From assembly GCF_006345805.1 (NCBI RefSeq), contig NC_043003.1, positions 31,186,001 to 31,250,000 of the forward strand: a stretch of DNA of 64,000 nt. Direction: 5' to 3'. The stretch comes from Octopus sinensis. Its lineage: Eukaryota. Below the pieces are notes generated by a model. That model made no database searches and was not told the DNA's origin. It was given only the letters and a program-made list of their open reading frames with translations. This document shows positions 26,336-39,873 of the stretch, one piece after another. The position numbers and the translations under genes were made by a program. Each line of letters starts with the position of its first letter. Position 1 is the first letter of the stretch.

Positions 26336-26859
26336 ATCAACACCCGCACTGCCAACCTCACAAAGATATTTTCTGTCCCTGAACGTGAACATTGAATATA
26401 TGCAACACACGAATTCCATACATAGAAAAATGCATACAATCCCCACTGATGAACTACCTCAGCACACAAATTCACCAGCCAACTTGGCTTCCCCCACCAA
26501 AAGCTGTCAGCCAAGAGTAACGCCCCTTAATTTCTTGTTTTGTTTACAAGACTTTTTGTGAATTACCGAGACTTTTCCTGAGACATTTTGTGTTTTCATC
26601 AAAAATGGAGACGAAAACCATTCCTGTATGTGATCAGCTTGAACAATTGTTAAGATATGAAGATATGAATCCAATAGTGGCTTTCATACACAAATATATA
26701 TATATATGCTCATATGTATTTGTTTAGATGTACATATTTATATGTATAAATATATGTATATATTTATGTATATATGTATCTGCATATATATGTGTATATG
26801 CATGTATAAATCATGCACATAATTGGAAATGATGTATTGTGGTATTTTTCTTGATATTT

Positions 26860-27330
26860 GCCTTCTCGTTGAAATCACACCTTCTGTGACCAACCTCCTA
26901 TGAGCAGTGAGAAAGGGTCACTTCCAGGTGAAGCTAATGGATGGTAGTTAAGTGTTGGTGAAAGAGAGTAAGTAAAAGATAGAGAGAGAGAGAGAGAGAG
27001 AGATAGAAGAAAGAGAGGTGAGAAATTTTAAGAAATTGGTGAGTTGAAACCTAGTGTTGATGTGCATTGTTTAATGAGAATGAAGGGAAGACCATTGCCA
27101 GGATCGGTGGCCTTTGTTTGAAAGGATCTGTGGTTCTTTCGCATTTGACCTGATAATGTACCTGATGATGATCTCGGTGGAATGGAAAAAGACTACGTTG
27201 GAGACTATTATTTTGAATTTCTAATCTTTTTGATGTCTGAGGATAGATATTAATGTCTATGAGCCTTTTGCCGAATGCTATTTTGGAGAGTTAAAGAAGC
27301 AACTTTACTTTATCTTGTTTTATTCATTTT
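26860..27330 (-). mobile_element. Degenerate APE-type LINE (CR1/L2/Jockey-like) RT N-terminal fragment, interrupted by (GA)n
   Basis: KATDPGNGLPFILIKQC (cf. KATGPDGIP..LK.C), then NYHPLA (cf. NYRPIS). Confidence 0.5.
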
Positions 27331-27771
27331 GTCCCAGCTAAATTTGATCTTTTTATTGTCAAAGAGAACAGAGATAATTTTACTGAAATAGTATTCAAAT
27401 TATGTTATAGTGTTTTTGATGCATTGAGAAAAGCGCATTTGCTTAGCTAATATACTTTTTACGTTATTTCAAATTCAAAAATACAGTAAATTTTAATTAA
27501 TAGTGCTCCTCTCACACCCTTTCCGTTGTCAATGCTTTCGTCCGTACAGTTGAAAGCGATCCTGCATATGGCTACACCTCAACAGAAACATGTGAAAGAA
27601 TATAATAAAAGTTTAATGGTTTCCACGATGATAATATTACCAGCCATCGACCTTGCAGTCTATTGTTCTATACATACAAACACACGCGCGTGCACACACA
27701 CACGTGTGTGTGTGTGTGTACGTGTGTTTGTGTGTACAGAACAATAGGCAATATAGAGGTTTAGAAATAAT

Positions 27772-27817
<46 letters not shown>

Positions 27818-28017
27818 TAAAATGTAAAGGATTACCACAAAATGATTACCAGTTTGCTCTCGGTTAGGTATTCAAAATATGTTATTCAACAGTTTACATA
27901 TAAATCCAATTAAGTTCTTATAAGATAAGAAATTGGAGGAATATGCCGTTGGATAATTCTGAATATATTTCCTTAACCATATAGGTTTCCTGGAGTATAA
28001 ATATTGGTAATGTTAAG

Positions 28018-29264
28018 AATAGAGATTACTCCGAAGTAGCAGTAGCATTACCTTTAATTCTATAATTATATACTGCCTTTTAAGACCAACACTTTTTCAA
28101 TTGCACCGACTAGTAATCGTTGCAATTGCAACCCTACTATAAAACGGTGCAGTCTCTTTGGGGTCTTAACTTGATAGCCGTTGGTGTGGCTGTTTAATGA
28201 TTTTCTTTTATTAACTTTGCGTTGTATAATTTGGAGCTGTCCGTTAAGTCAGGCGCGTGCAATCTCTATTGGATAATAATTTTCAGTCCATCATTTCAAA
28301 ACCTTGCATAGGTTAAATGATAATTATTCATTTATACTTCGCAAATGTGAATTTCCTCATGTGCAAGATTCTCAAAACTTGATCCTGTCTAGAATTTATT
28401 CATTATTCTTGGATGTGAAAATACAATAAAATTCTTCTAAACATAAGTCACATCTATTGGTTCCAGGTCTGTATGGTTTTGCAGTACAATTTAACTTCAA
28501 TTTAATCCTATAGTCCTTGATAAAAAAAATAAATGGCCCCTTTTAAGGCCTAGTCAGGCTCATGGGCTCGGTTTCTCGGTTTCAATGGCGTATGTTTTCC
28601 CCAGCTGGACGGGACGCCAGTCTATCGCAGCGCTACTCATTTTTGCAAGCTGAGTAGAGTGGAGCAACGTGAAATGAAGTGCTTTGCTCAAGAATACAAC
28701 GCATCGCCCGGTCCAGGAATCGAAACCACAATCTTACGATAATGATGCTGACACCCTAACCACTAAGCCACGCGTCCCCACTATATAGTCCCTGATACTA
28801 TCCTTAAAAGACGAGATTAATCCGCTAAGACTCGTTTGGAAGTTTTTATTTTTGTCTTTAAATGAACTCAAATGATTTGCCAGGCTCCTGCCGATGTAAA
28901 TATACATCTAAATTAAATTTTTAGTTTTACACTTATTTTACACAGAACAGGATTCCAGTTTAGAACTATTGCAAAGATAGCCTTTTATATCTCCATCAGA
29001 CTTAGTTTGAAATAGAGATTGCTCGCATCTCACTTGACGGACAGCTCCAAATTATACAACGCAAAGTTTATAAAATAAAATCATTAAACGGCCATACTGA
29101 GGGATATCAAGTTAAGACCCTGAAGAGATTGCACCGTTTTATAATAGGGTTGGAATTGCAACAATAAATAATTGGTGCAATTGAAACACGTGTTGGTCTT
29201 AAAAGGCGGTATATAATTATAGAATTAAAGGTAATGCTATTACTACTTCGGAGTAATCCTTATT
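28018..29264. mobile_element. Composite fold-back: two inverted ~250-bp elements (28018-28270, 29011-29264), each bounded by AATAGAGATT/AATCTCTATT
   Basis: The arms align as reverse complements along their whole length; the ~740-bp interior contains a SINE. Confidence 0.85.
28523..28781 (-). mobile_element. tRNA-derived CORE-like SINE (family C head, different body) with 14-bp target-site duplication
   Basis: Head ggggacgcgtggcttagtggttaggg; TSD tatagtccttgata (28509-28522) / tatagtccctgata (28784-28797). Confidence 0.85.
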
Positions 29265-29295
29265 TTTAATTTTGTCTATATGTATATATATATAT

Positions 29296-29460
29296 ATTTC
29301 ATTAGCTTACAGATGTTTCCACTATAAGAAGTGGTGGACTCATAGTTGAGTATCTGAGTAAGTAAATTGCATTTAATGTTTGATGCTCCGATGAAACTGT
29401 AAGACACTAAACTATGAGTTCCCACATCTTATAGTGGAAACAGCTGTTAGCTAATGAAAT
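29296..29460. repeat. Fold-back inverted repeat, ~52-bp arms, ~61-nt spacer
   Basis: atttcattagc..tttccactataaga..actcatagtt versus aactatgagt..tcttatagtggaaa..gctaatgaaat. Confidence 0.9.
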
Positions 29461-29944
29461 TCATAAAATGATCTTTCACTAGAGTGACCCAAGAATATTT
29501 CACGGGATTAACGGTAAACTCATTGGGTTATTTCTGAAAACTTTATCCAAAAAACCTGAAAGCGTAGCCTGTGTTTTGCATGTATCAAAAGATAATCGTT
29601 CATCTGCTAATCATTGAAAAGCGATGGAAATTGGAACAATTGGACTACTTAATGCACTTTATATATACACTTTTTTATACTTTGTGCACAATTTTATAAA
29701 TTTAATACACAACACACTCGCTCTTTCTCTCTCACTCTTCACCTTACTCTCTTTTTCTCTCTCCTTTTTCTTTCGCTCTTGGCCTTTCCCTTCAACTAAT
29801 AATGTGAAAGCGTTACAGATGGGCTAAGGAATGGAGAAAAAAACTCAGTTAAAAAATTACACATTTCATTCACCACCACTTTTCCTTCCCCTCCCCTGTG
29901 TGTGTGTGTGGTTTCCATCAATGAGATTAACATTCAAAATAATA

Positions 29945-30052
29945 GTCAACACAGAGCTACGGTAGAAGACACTTTCTAGAGGTACCATGCAGTGGACAGG
30001 AACCCAGAACTTAGTTGTTGTAAAGTAAACTTCATAATCAGACACCCATGTC
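29945..30052 (-). mobile_element. SINE family B head fragment, degenerate
   Basis: gtagaagacacttt..aggtaccatgcagtgg..gaacc. Confidence 0.6.
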
Positions 30053-30174
30053 TGCGTCTATAGGTATTATTTTATTTTATAACACAAATAGTGAATGATA
30101 AGCTAATCTATTATAAGTTTCTGATGAACTAGTCTCTAGAACCACATAGTTGAGAAACAAATTTCTTAACACAG

Positions 30175-30340
30175 TCACATTCTGAGTTCAAATTCAGCCC
30201 AACTTCTTTCATCTTTCTGAGGAAGGATTCGATAAAAAATTACCAATAAAATACTATGATTGACTGAATTGTCTTCTAACCCGGTTATCTTCCGGGCATA
30301 GAAATTTGTGGACTTGTGTCAATTAAAAAAAAAAAATTTC
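30175..30340 (+). mobile_element. SINE family A, old degenerate copy
   Basis: ttctgagttcaaattc..ctttcatc..tcgataaaa..tacca. Confidence 0.5.
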
Positions 30341-31983
30341 GATACAGATCTTTCTAAAGAACTTTCTAAAGATCATCTTACAATATAATTTATAATCATT
30401 TAAAAATATAACAAAATAATTGCAACATAAGACATATCATATCCCTTCATACCCATGGATAAGGAATAGAACTTATCCATGAAGCCATTTCAAACAGCTT
30501 CGACTCATATATATTAAAGAAAGGTTAAAAATCCCATATATCATATTACGTATATAAGTATTATATTTAGAGCACTCCATTTTATTTTTTTTCTAGAATA
30601 AAGTACATTCAAGTAAGGAATAAAAACAAATAACTAAATGGATAAAAGATAATAAGAAAATATTTATACGCCACCATTCTTCAAGACTTACTTAAAAATT
30701 CTCGTCTGACAAAAGAGATTTAGATTCACTAGTGACATTTTGTAAAACGAAAATGCCATAGAATAACGTGATCAGAATTCTGTCTACATTTTACAGTAAA
30801 AAAAAATTATTTAAAGTTTACTTTAATATTCATCGTATATGCAATTTCTTCATCCTCCATTCTCTTCATTCAGAGCTAAATATTGATCCTGATCTTTATA
30901 TAATGTCCCCCATCAAGTATTTTCAGTAAACAACAATCAATGTAGGACAGCAATTCACCGATACATCGACTACAAATAAATGGACACAATCACTGGGAAA
31001 ACTATCAATATGAATATTAACAATACTACTGACGGAACGGACAATGAAGAAGACAATACAACTTAGCTTAAACAACTTAGCAAAATAAATCTATCAAAAA
31101 GAGATAAGGTAAAACAAAACAAAAAAGGAAGAAACTGTACTAAGAATCTTTGTGAATTCTGTGTTCCAAAATCAACAGAAATACAATAGTTTAAGCCAAC
31201 CCGAAAAACTGATTTGCCTAGATAACAATGTTTAGATGACAGATGACCGCATGAATGTCCGATAACCTAACAGTTTTTGCTTCTCATAGTAAATTATTTT
31301 TTCAAATATTGTTATTTCCATCATCCTTTCACGGATATTATTAATACTTATCAGCCCAAAAGTAATAGCAGTTCCACTAAACAACCATTGTCATCACTAC
31401 AATCATCACTGTTGAAAACATATAATTTAATGGAAGTGTTTCAATGACGTACGCCATATTTTCATTTTACTGAGATTGCTAACCTGATACTCTTTCAAGT
31501 AATGAGAGATTTCTTCCTATTCATATGTTGTATAATATAAACGCATGTGCTGTTCGAGAATGAACGTCAATAATACGTGCAATCTGCTTCCATCTTGAAA
31601 ACATTAGTGCACTGCTTGATTAACGTATGTTAACTACGATATACATTTATAACTTCGTGTCAGAAACGTCGCCTAAATCGGATTATTGGCTTTATCGATG
31701 TGCATTACATGTATTGGTGGCACTTCGCTGTTTCCTATTTTGTTCGCCAATAATGTGGCAGATATGAGCTGCTAATGGACTATAATTGAAGTAATTGAGA
31801 CTAACGTCACACTATAACGAATATTTCTAAATGGCTGAATTTTAGTTCTTAACTCCAAACCCTTTATCTGGTGTCTGTTCAAAGAGAATTTCACACAATT
31901 TCTTGTGACTATTGAGATTAAATGAAAATTGCACTGCAATTGTGCTCTATTGATAAGTGACGTAACAATATTTATATAAATTT

Positions 31984-32108
31984 TAAGGCGGCGAGCTAGC
32001 AGAATCGTCAGCACACCGGACAAAATACTTAGCGGCATTGCGTTCGTCTTTACAATCTGAGTTCAAATTCCAATGAGGTCGGCTTTACTTTTCATCCGTT
32101 TGGGGTCG
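31984..32108 (+). mobile_element. SINE family A, 3'-truncated
   Basis: taaggcggcgagctagcagaatcg..tctgagttcaaattc..ctttcatccgtttggggtcg. Confidence 0.85.
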
Positions 32109-32301
32109 CTCTGAGAAGGGGCTTCCCTGGCGTTGTCACGCTTGCCTATGACTTGCTTTCAGGTGTTTTTAACACCAGGCGCATTGAAAGTTTTCTCTTA
32201 CGCCTAAACCGCAGCTCACCCATGAACTGACAACACACACATCTTGCGCATGCGTGTTTGATTTTGTTTATATACCTCATGCTGCTTCTAATTCATATTT
32301 G

Positions 32302-33022
<721 letters not shown>

Positions 33023-33024
33023 AT

Positions 33025-33190
33025 TATGTGCGTGTTTTTTGTTTGTATTTATCCCTCACTGCTTGACAACCGATGCTCGTTTGTGAACGTCCTTGTCTCC
33101 TGATAGTTCGGGAAACAAAGACCAATAGAATAATCATTATATTCAATAAAAGTACTGATGCCAGTTTGTCCGCCCAAGCCTTGAAAGCGA
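33025..33190 (+). mobile_element. SINE family B 3' half, degenerate
   Basis: gcttgacaaccgatgct..accaatagaataa.. Confidence 0.55.
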
Positions 33191-33658
33191 CCTGCATATG
33201 CTGCACTCCAGCGACGGGGATATGGTAATATGTATCAGTGATCGACCTTTCAGTTTATTGTTTTGTACACCATCGATAAACTATTCCACCCACGCTTTAT
33301 TAATTGCATTTGGTCCAAATCCAATTTTTGAGATGTTTATGCATTTGGTATATATGTATGAAGTAAGAGTCCAATCCCTGATTTCTCGGATCTGATATAT
33401 AAATAGATAGCAAAACATCCTTCCACTTAACTGAGTAGATTTCTAGAATAAAGGTGGGGAAATATTTTGATATACTTATTTGTTTTTATATTCTGCTTTC
33501 ATTTTGTATAATGTATTTAATTGTTTTTTCATTTATTTGGTTTCTTTTCTTCCAAAATTAGTATCTTGTTCTTGTTTGACACACTCTAATCAGAGAAAGA
33601 GAGATAGAGAGAAAGAAAAAGAGAGCTAGAGGGAGAGATAAGAGAAGAAAGACTGATC

Positions 33659-33695
<37 letters not shown>

Positions 33696-34210
33696 GAGCG
33701 TGACGGAGGTAGAGAAGAAACATTATATTCAACTAACTATAAATAATATGAAAAAAAAAACAAAACAAAACCACCCTAAAAAAGCCAAAAGAAGAGAGCA
33801 ATGAACTTAAAGCTTAAGCTTCGTTTTATCGATTTTATGTCAATATTGATTATTACAATTGGCAGCATCAAATAGAAATCATACAACATTAGTTATGTAT
33901 GTGTAATGTCTTTGTATAAATATCTAACTCACATTTCTGATGGGTTTGGTTGGGTCGGACTTGATTTCTGTGTGGTTGGTGGTTAGTTCACTGATTTTGA
34001 TCAATGGCGGGTATGAGTGCAGGTTGGCAGCGGAAAGGCAAAGGTTGGAGGTGGAGATAGAATGGAGATGTTGGGATAGGAAGAATAGAATAGGATAGGA
34101 GAGGATAGGATTCGATCAAACGAACAAGACGCGATATCCGATACTAAAACAAGTGATTTCCCCTTCTAACATTTGCTGGCGTTATTCCAATTGCAAATAT
34201 TAGATTTCAC

Positions 34211-34269
<59 letters not shown>

Positions 34270-34346
34270 TTCGTTTATCAAGATTTTTCTCGCTCTACTT
34301 CCTTTTTCCGTTCATTTCCCACATAAACATGCTTATATATATACTT

Positions 34347-34382
<36 letters not shown>

Positions 34383-34622
34383 GCTAGAAGATACATATAC
34401 ATAAAAACACACTCACACACACAGACACACAGTGGAACAAATATAAGTTGTTTAAAAGGTACTCAATATATGACATAGAGTAAAATGCTATTTATTCTGC
34501 TGAAAATTTCTCGCGTAACTTCAAATTTCACGAATATACAATCAATATCATGGCCATATTCTTTAGTAAAAAATACCTTTACACTTATATATTTTCTATG
34601 CTTTTTCGCATGTAATATATAT

Positions 34623-34661
<39 letters not shown>

Positions 34662-34787
34662 CATTCTTATATAAATATAGATATGCACAAACATATACGT
34701 TTGAATATAAGTAAGTATGAATACAAAACGTAATGTAATTTTGTATGTATATTTACTAATATATGTACTAATAGCATAAATAAAATC

Positions 34788-35166
34788 ACTCTTTTATTTG
34801 TTTATTCTTTTATTTGTTTCAGTCATATGACTGTGGCCCTGTTGGAGCACCGCCTTTAGTCGAGGAAATCGACCCCGGGACTTATTCTTTGTAAGCCTGG
34901 TACGTATTCTATCGGTAGTTTTTGTCAAACCACTAAGCCACGGGGACGTAAACACACCAGCATCGGTTGTCAAGCGATGTTGGGGGGACAAACACACAGA
35001 CTTATACACACACATATATATATATAATATATACATATACGTATACGATGGTCTTTTTTCAGTTTCTGTCTACCAAATCCATAAGGCCTTGGTCGGCCCG
35101 AAACTATAGTAGAAGACACTTGCTCAAGTTGCCACGCAATGGGACTGAACCTAGAGCCATATGGTT
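34788..35166 (-). mobile_element. SINE family B, near full length
   Basis: Aligns with 8253-8644. Confidence 0.9.
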
Positions 35167-35784
35167 TATGTAAAAATAATATATATATATATATATATAC
35201 TGAGAAAAAAAGTCCTAAGAATTTTAGAAAAAAATTTCTTTATCATTAGCACTTTCGTTCCTTTCTCGAATTTGTCAAATAAAATTTTGTGAATGTACAA
35301 ACAACTCGTTCATTTATATGAAACATGTATTTTTTTGTTGGTTTTGTTTAGAAGAGAACATTGCTTTTGTTTTTCTTTGGGTGGAGTGCCATGACAATGG
35401 AGAAGGATGGATAGAAATATAGGTAGGTAGATAGGCTGACAGATAGATAGCCAGATAGATAGTTAGATAGATAGATAGATAAATAGATATTCAGACAGAT
35501 AGACAGATAAGTAGCGGGAAAAAGAGAGAAGGGGTATGCTACTTCCTATTTACTATTTAAATATTTATTTATCTATTTATTTAGTCCTTTACCATTCTAT
35601 TGGAATGGGTTTAAGGATGGCGACCTCTTCAAAAAAAAAAAACAGTGCAGACTGGTCATGACTGAAAGCCATTTTGTTTTTTTTCTCTCTTCCCATTTCC
35701 TTCTTTTTTCCCTCTTTCTTTCTTTTTCTCCTCTTTGAGTTATATTTAGAATACAATATATATATGTATATATATATGTGTATA

Positions 35785-35887
<103 letters not shown>

Positions 35888-35898
35888 TATATATTATT

Positions 35899-36094
35899 TT
35901 ATTCTTTTACTTGTTTCAGACATCTGACTGCGGCCAGGATCCCAGGAATTATTCTTTGTAAGCCTAGTACTCATTCGATTGTCCTCTTTTGCCGAACCGC
36001 TAAGTTACGGGGTCGTAAACACACCAATATCGGTTGTCAAGCGATGTTGGGGGGACAAACACAGACACACAAATACGCGCGCACACACACACAC

Positions 36095-36145
<51 letters not shown>

Positions 36146-36331
36146 ATAAATATATATATGTACATATATATACGACGGGTTTCTTTCAGTTTCCGTGTAC
36201 AAAATCTACTCACAAGGCTTTGGTCGGCCCGAGACTATAGCAGAAGACACTTTCCCAAGGTGCCACGCAGTAGGACTGAACCCGAAACCATATGGTTGGT
36301 AAGCAAGCTACTTACCACACAGTCTCTCCTG
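35899..36331 (-). mobile_element. SINE family B, full length
   Basis: Aligns with 8253-8644. Confidence 0.9.
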
Positions 36332-36334
36332 TAC

Positions 36335-36501
36335 TTCGCTAGCCACTACACATTTTTTATTTTCTCTCCCTGTTTCTTTCTGTTCCTTTCTGTTGAAGAG
36401 CGTAGGCTCGAAACGTTAAATACTTTTTCACTTTTAAACCAATACATCTGTTTGTTGTCTACACCACCTCTCTTCGTCTTTCTTTTTTTGTGAATTCTCC
36501 C

Positions 36502-36503
<2 letters not shown>
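36335..36503 (+). mobile_element. Solo Penelope pLTR with the same CUGUUGA hammerhead-like motif (36386-36420)
   Basis: Reverse-complement homolog of 2052-2250; ctttCTGTTGAAGAGCGTAGGCTCGAAACGTTAAA is identical in the core. Confidence 0.75.
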
Positions 36504-36540
<37 letters not shown>

Positions 36541-36756
36541 ACACGCACACACGCACACACACACATATATAAGTTTAGTAAAAATTTAGATTCAGATGAA
36601 TATGGTACTTAAGTTGAGGCACCAGAATTTAGTATCGTATTATCCATTCAATTTAAAATAAGGTGATTATAATCAAATGATTATATATATATATAAACAT
36701 ATATATATATACATATATATATATGTATATATATATATGTATACATATATATATAT

Positions 36757-36801
<45 letters not shown>

Positions 36802-37375
36802 GATAGATACTCATATCTCTCCCCTCTCTCGCTATCTCTATTTATAAATATATATATTTGTTTATTTCTCTGCATAGGTATGTGTGTGAATACACATCTA
36901 CATACACACACACTCTCTCACACACACGTGCCCATATTATACATTCACCCGTACACTGTGTATACGAACAATGAACTTTGAAAGCATATCATATTTCATA
37001 TGTTTTATCATTAAATTGATAAAGTTGATTCAACAGGTTGCCCTCATTAGCTAGCTAGTTTTGAAGACGAAGCAAAATTTGTTTAAACCACTCGAAATTA
37101 AAATGACAATTGAAATGTGATAGTATTGGTGGTAGTGGTGGTGATGGTGGTGGTAGAAGTGGTGGCAGTGTAGGAATGAATTGATAGTTATATAAACGTT
37201 AATGGAAATGAAACCATACATGTTTCGTGCTGAAGGTAGTACAGTAGAGACGAAACAAATAATGTTAAAATTTAAAAGAAAATAACTAAAAAAAATACAA
37301 AATCGATAATCTAATGGCAAGAGATCTATTTTCTTTAAGCGACTTCAGAACATTTCAGTTTTCATATACTAACGT

Positions 37376-37376
37376 T

Positions 37377-37407
<31 letters not shown>

Positions 37408-37457
37408 GTTGCTGCTGCAGCGACTACTACTAAACAACAACAACAACAACAACAACA

Positions 37458-37525
<68 letters not shown>
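37376..37525. repeat. Compound (CTA)n-(CTG)-(CAA)n-(CTA)n microsatellite
   Basis: Directly visible. Confidence 0.95.
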
Positions 37526-37809
37526 CTCTTCGACTTTCACTTTCATTTTCAGTGTTGGATTTACTGACAAATATGTCGGCTATTCTATGAGTTACGTTCC
37601 ATGAATTAATTCTATTGCATGTCTTTAAATGCAATTGAGGTCCTCAGTCTAAGAGGGATTTGTTCTATGGAGAGGTTAGTTTGACTTGCCAAGAAGAAAT
37701 TAGTCCATTCTCATAGTACAGCTTTTCAAAATTACCCTAGGCATTATCTATACAGCGTAACTTAACTTACTATTTATTTCCTTCAATTTACCAGAACACT
37801 TCTTGTGAA

Positions 37810-37905
<96 letters not shown>

Positions 37906-37924
37906 GGAGAGAAAAAGAAAGAAA

Positions 37925-38200
37925 GAGTTAATGAAATCAAGTTATGAAAAATGTAGTTATTGGCTGGAGAAAGCTGGGATTACGTCGCTACAAAACGAAT
38001 ATCTGTTCAAAGAAAGATTGGAAATATTGGAAGAAATTCCCTTTGATAGAGAGGAAGTCGATGCATTATAAATGGATAAAGGAAGCGCGAACGGAATGCA
38101 TTATTTCAATGAGACGCGATAGTTATAGGATGTTCAGCAGCAAGCAATCTGACAAGAATTCAAATGAACTTAAAACACATATCGGAAGTATATTAAGAGT
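37925..38200 (+). mobile_element. Degenerate R4/Dong-like pre-RT fragment
   Basis: LRRYK, LQNEYLF, YWKK..HYKWIKE resemble the R4 pre-RT region. Confidence 0.4.
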
Positions 38201-38630
38201 TGACCTTTGTTCCTTTCTAGTAATATCTTGATCAAAAGCTAATAGCTACTATGTGCTTTCGTATCCTTATTACACTGTGTTATATGGTGCGGCATAGTTC
38301 TATTGCTGTTTATCAATATTATCAGTTTAATGGCATGGGGCCTTCATGCCTAATCAAAATGAAAACATTAGCAGCTTAATGAGGCCGAACTCTATAGATT
38401 AGGAGCTAAACGCTAAACCAGTTAATAGCGGTTTCAAATCTCGCTTGATACAATTTCTCTTTAGGGTGTATTATAAATGCAATCACTTATTGATGTTAAC
38501 AAGGAAGATGATGAAGTAAGTTGTAAGTGGTCGCTTGATCTAGCTAGGAATAGAAGCCACATTTTCTAAATAATCATCTTATCGTCTAGTAACAGAAAGA
38601 AAACATTGATGCATGTAGCTTCTCAATTTC

Positions 38631-38752
38631 ATGGTTCCGGGTCCAGTCCCACTGCGTGGTACCTTGAGCAATTGTCTTCTACTGTAGCCTTGGGCTAACC
38701 AAAGCCTTGTGAATGAATTTGGTGGACGGAAACTGAAAGAAGCCCATCGTAT
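38631..38752 (+). mobile_element. SINE family B 5' half
   Basis: atggttccgggtccagtcccactgcgtgg..ggaaactgaaagaagcccatcg. Confidence 0.85.
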
Positions 38753-38860
38753 ATATATATAAATTTATATAAATAAGGATAAGATCGTTATCTAAAATAC
38801 CGATCTTATCAGGCGGCCAGCATGGGAATAAAAAACCTCAAAGGTAATACATATTATTGA

Positions 38861-39046
38861 AATTATAATTAAGGGTATCTAAAAGATACCACCATGCTAG
38901 ATATAGCAGCCAAAACTTGACTCTAAAGTCACGTTAAATGTTCATACAGAACTTGTGCTGTATGAACATTTAATGTGATTTTAGAGTCAAGTTTTGGCTG
39001 CTATATCTAGCATGGTGGTATCTCTTAGATACCCTTAATTATAATT
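38861..39046. repeat. Near-perfect palindrome: 89-bp arms, 8-nt loop
   Basis: 38861-38949 versus 38958-39046; I count 3 mismatches, all transitions. Confidence 0.95.
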
Positions 39047-39124
39047 ATATATAATTATATATATATATGTCCATTGTCAATAGAACGGAATAAGCGGAGC
39101 AAGAGCACCCACGAAGATGGAAAG

Positions 39125-39168
39125 TGTCACTGAAGAGGTCACAGATTTGTGACGAAAGATTTCCGGAC
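39125..39168 (+). ncRNA. Hammerhead-ribozyme-like motif with canonical core in a pLTR-like segment (~39062-39240)
   Basis: CUGAAGA-G-GUCACA GAUU UGUGAC-GAAA-GAUUUC; stem II is 6 bp perfect, stems I and III are imperfect. Confidence 0.5.
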
Positions 39169-39334
39169 GATCGACATGAGTTAGAATAAAAACAATAATA
39201 AACGACTGAAGAACGAATATATAGTACGTGTGTTTATCTGGCAAAAAAAAAGGCCATCCCGAAATACAACAATATCTGTTTCAAGACACAGTTTCACATC
39301 AGGAATCTTGCAACACAAATTCATAAACGTACAT

Positions 39335-39595
39335 ATGTGTGTGTGTGTGTGTGAGTATGTGTGTGCGTGTGTTTTCGTGTCTATGTTTCCCCCATGTCGC
39401 TTGACAACCGATGTTTTTGTGCTTACGTCCCCGTAATATAGCGGTTTGGCAAATGAGACTGATAGAATAAGTGTTAGGCTTACAAAATAATAAATCCTGG
39501 GCTCTATTTCTTCGACTAAAAAAACCCCTTTAAGGCGGGGCTCCAGCATGGCTGTTGTCAAATGACTGAAACAAATAAAAGGTTAAAAGAATAAA
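39335..39595 (+). mobile_element. SINE family B 3' half
   Basis: tcgcttgacaaccg..ccccgtaa..gctccagcatggct..aaatgactgaaaca. Confidence 0.85.
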
Positions 39596-39873
39596 GATTA
39601 TAATCCGGGCTGGAATGCTTTAATTATTAGTTTTGTTTAATCAGTTTTAATCTGGGCTTAAAGAGTAGTAACACCAGCATTGACGTCACAATATCCAATT
39701 TTCATGTTTTCATCCAATATATGGAGCCCGTGTGTCTGCAGCTAATGCTACCAGATTAATTAAAACAAATGTCATATAGCAAAGCAATATATCTCCATGG
39801 AGACAAATTTTGGGAAACATGTTTCGAATCCTGGTTGACATTAGTTTACATCACTCATGCCACTATTGGTTAT

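Noticed and set aside
30120-30146. CTGATGA followed by a small stem (also 8930-8960 on -, 23580-23610, 43583, 44850)
   Set aside because: No correctly placed GAAA or stem III, so not supportable as hammerheads.
39675-39730. CRE (TGACGTCA) plus CCAAT motifs as a promoter
   Set aside because: Short motifs expected by chance; the CArG-like site has the wrong spacing and no linked gene is evident.
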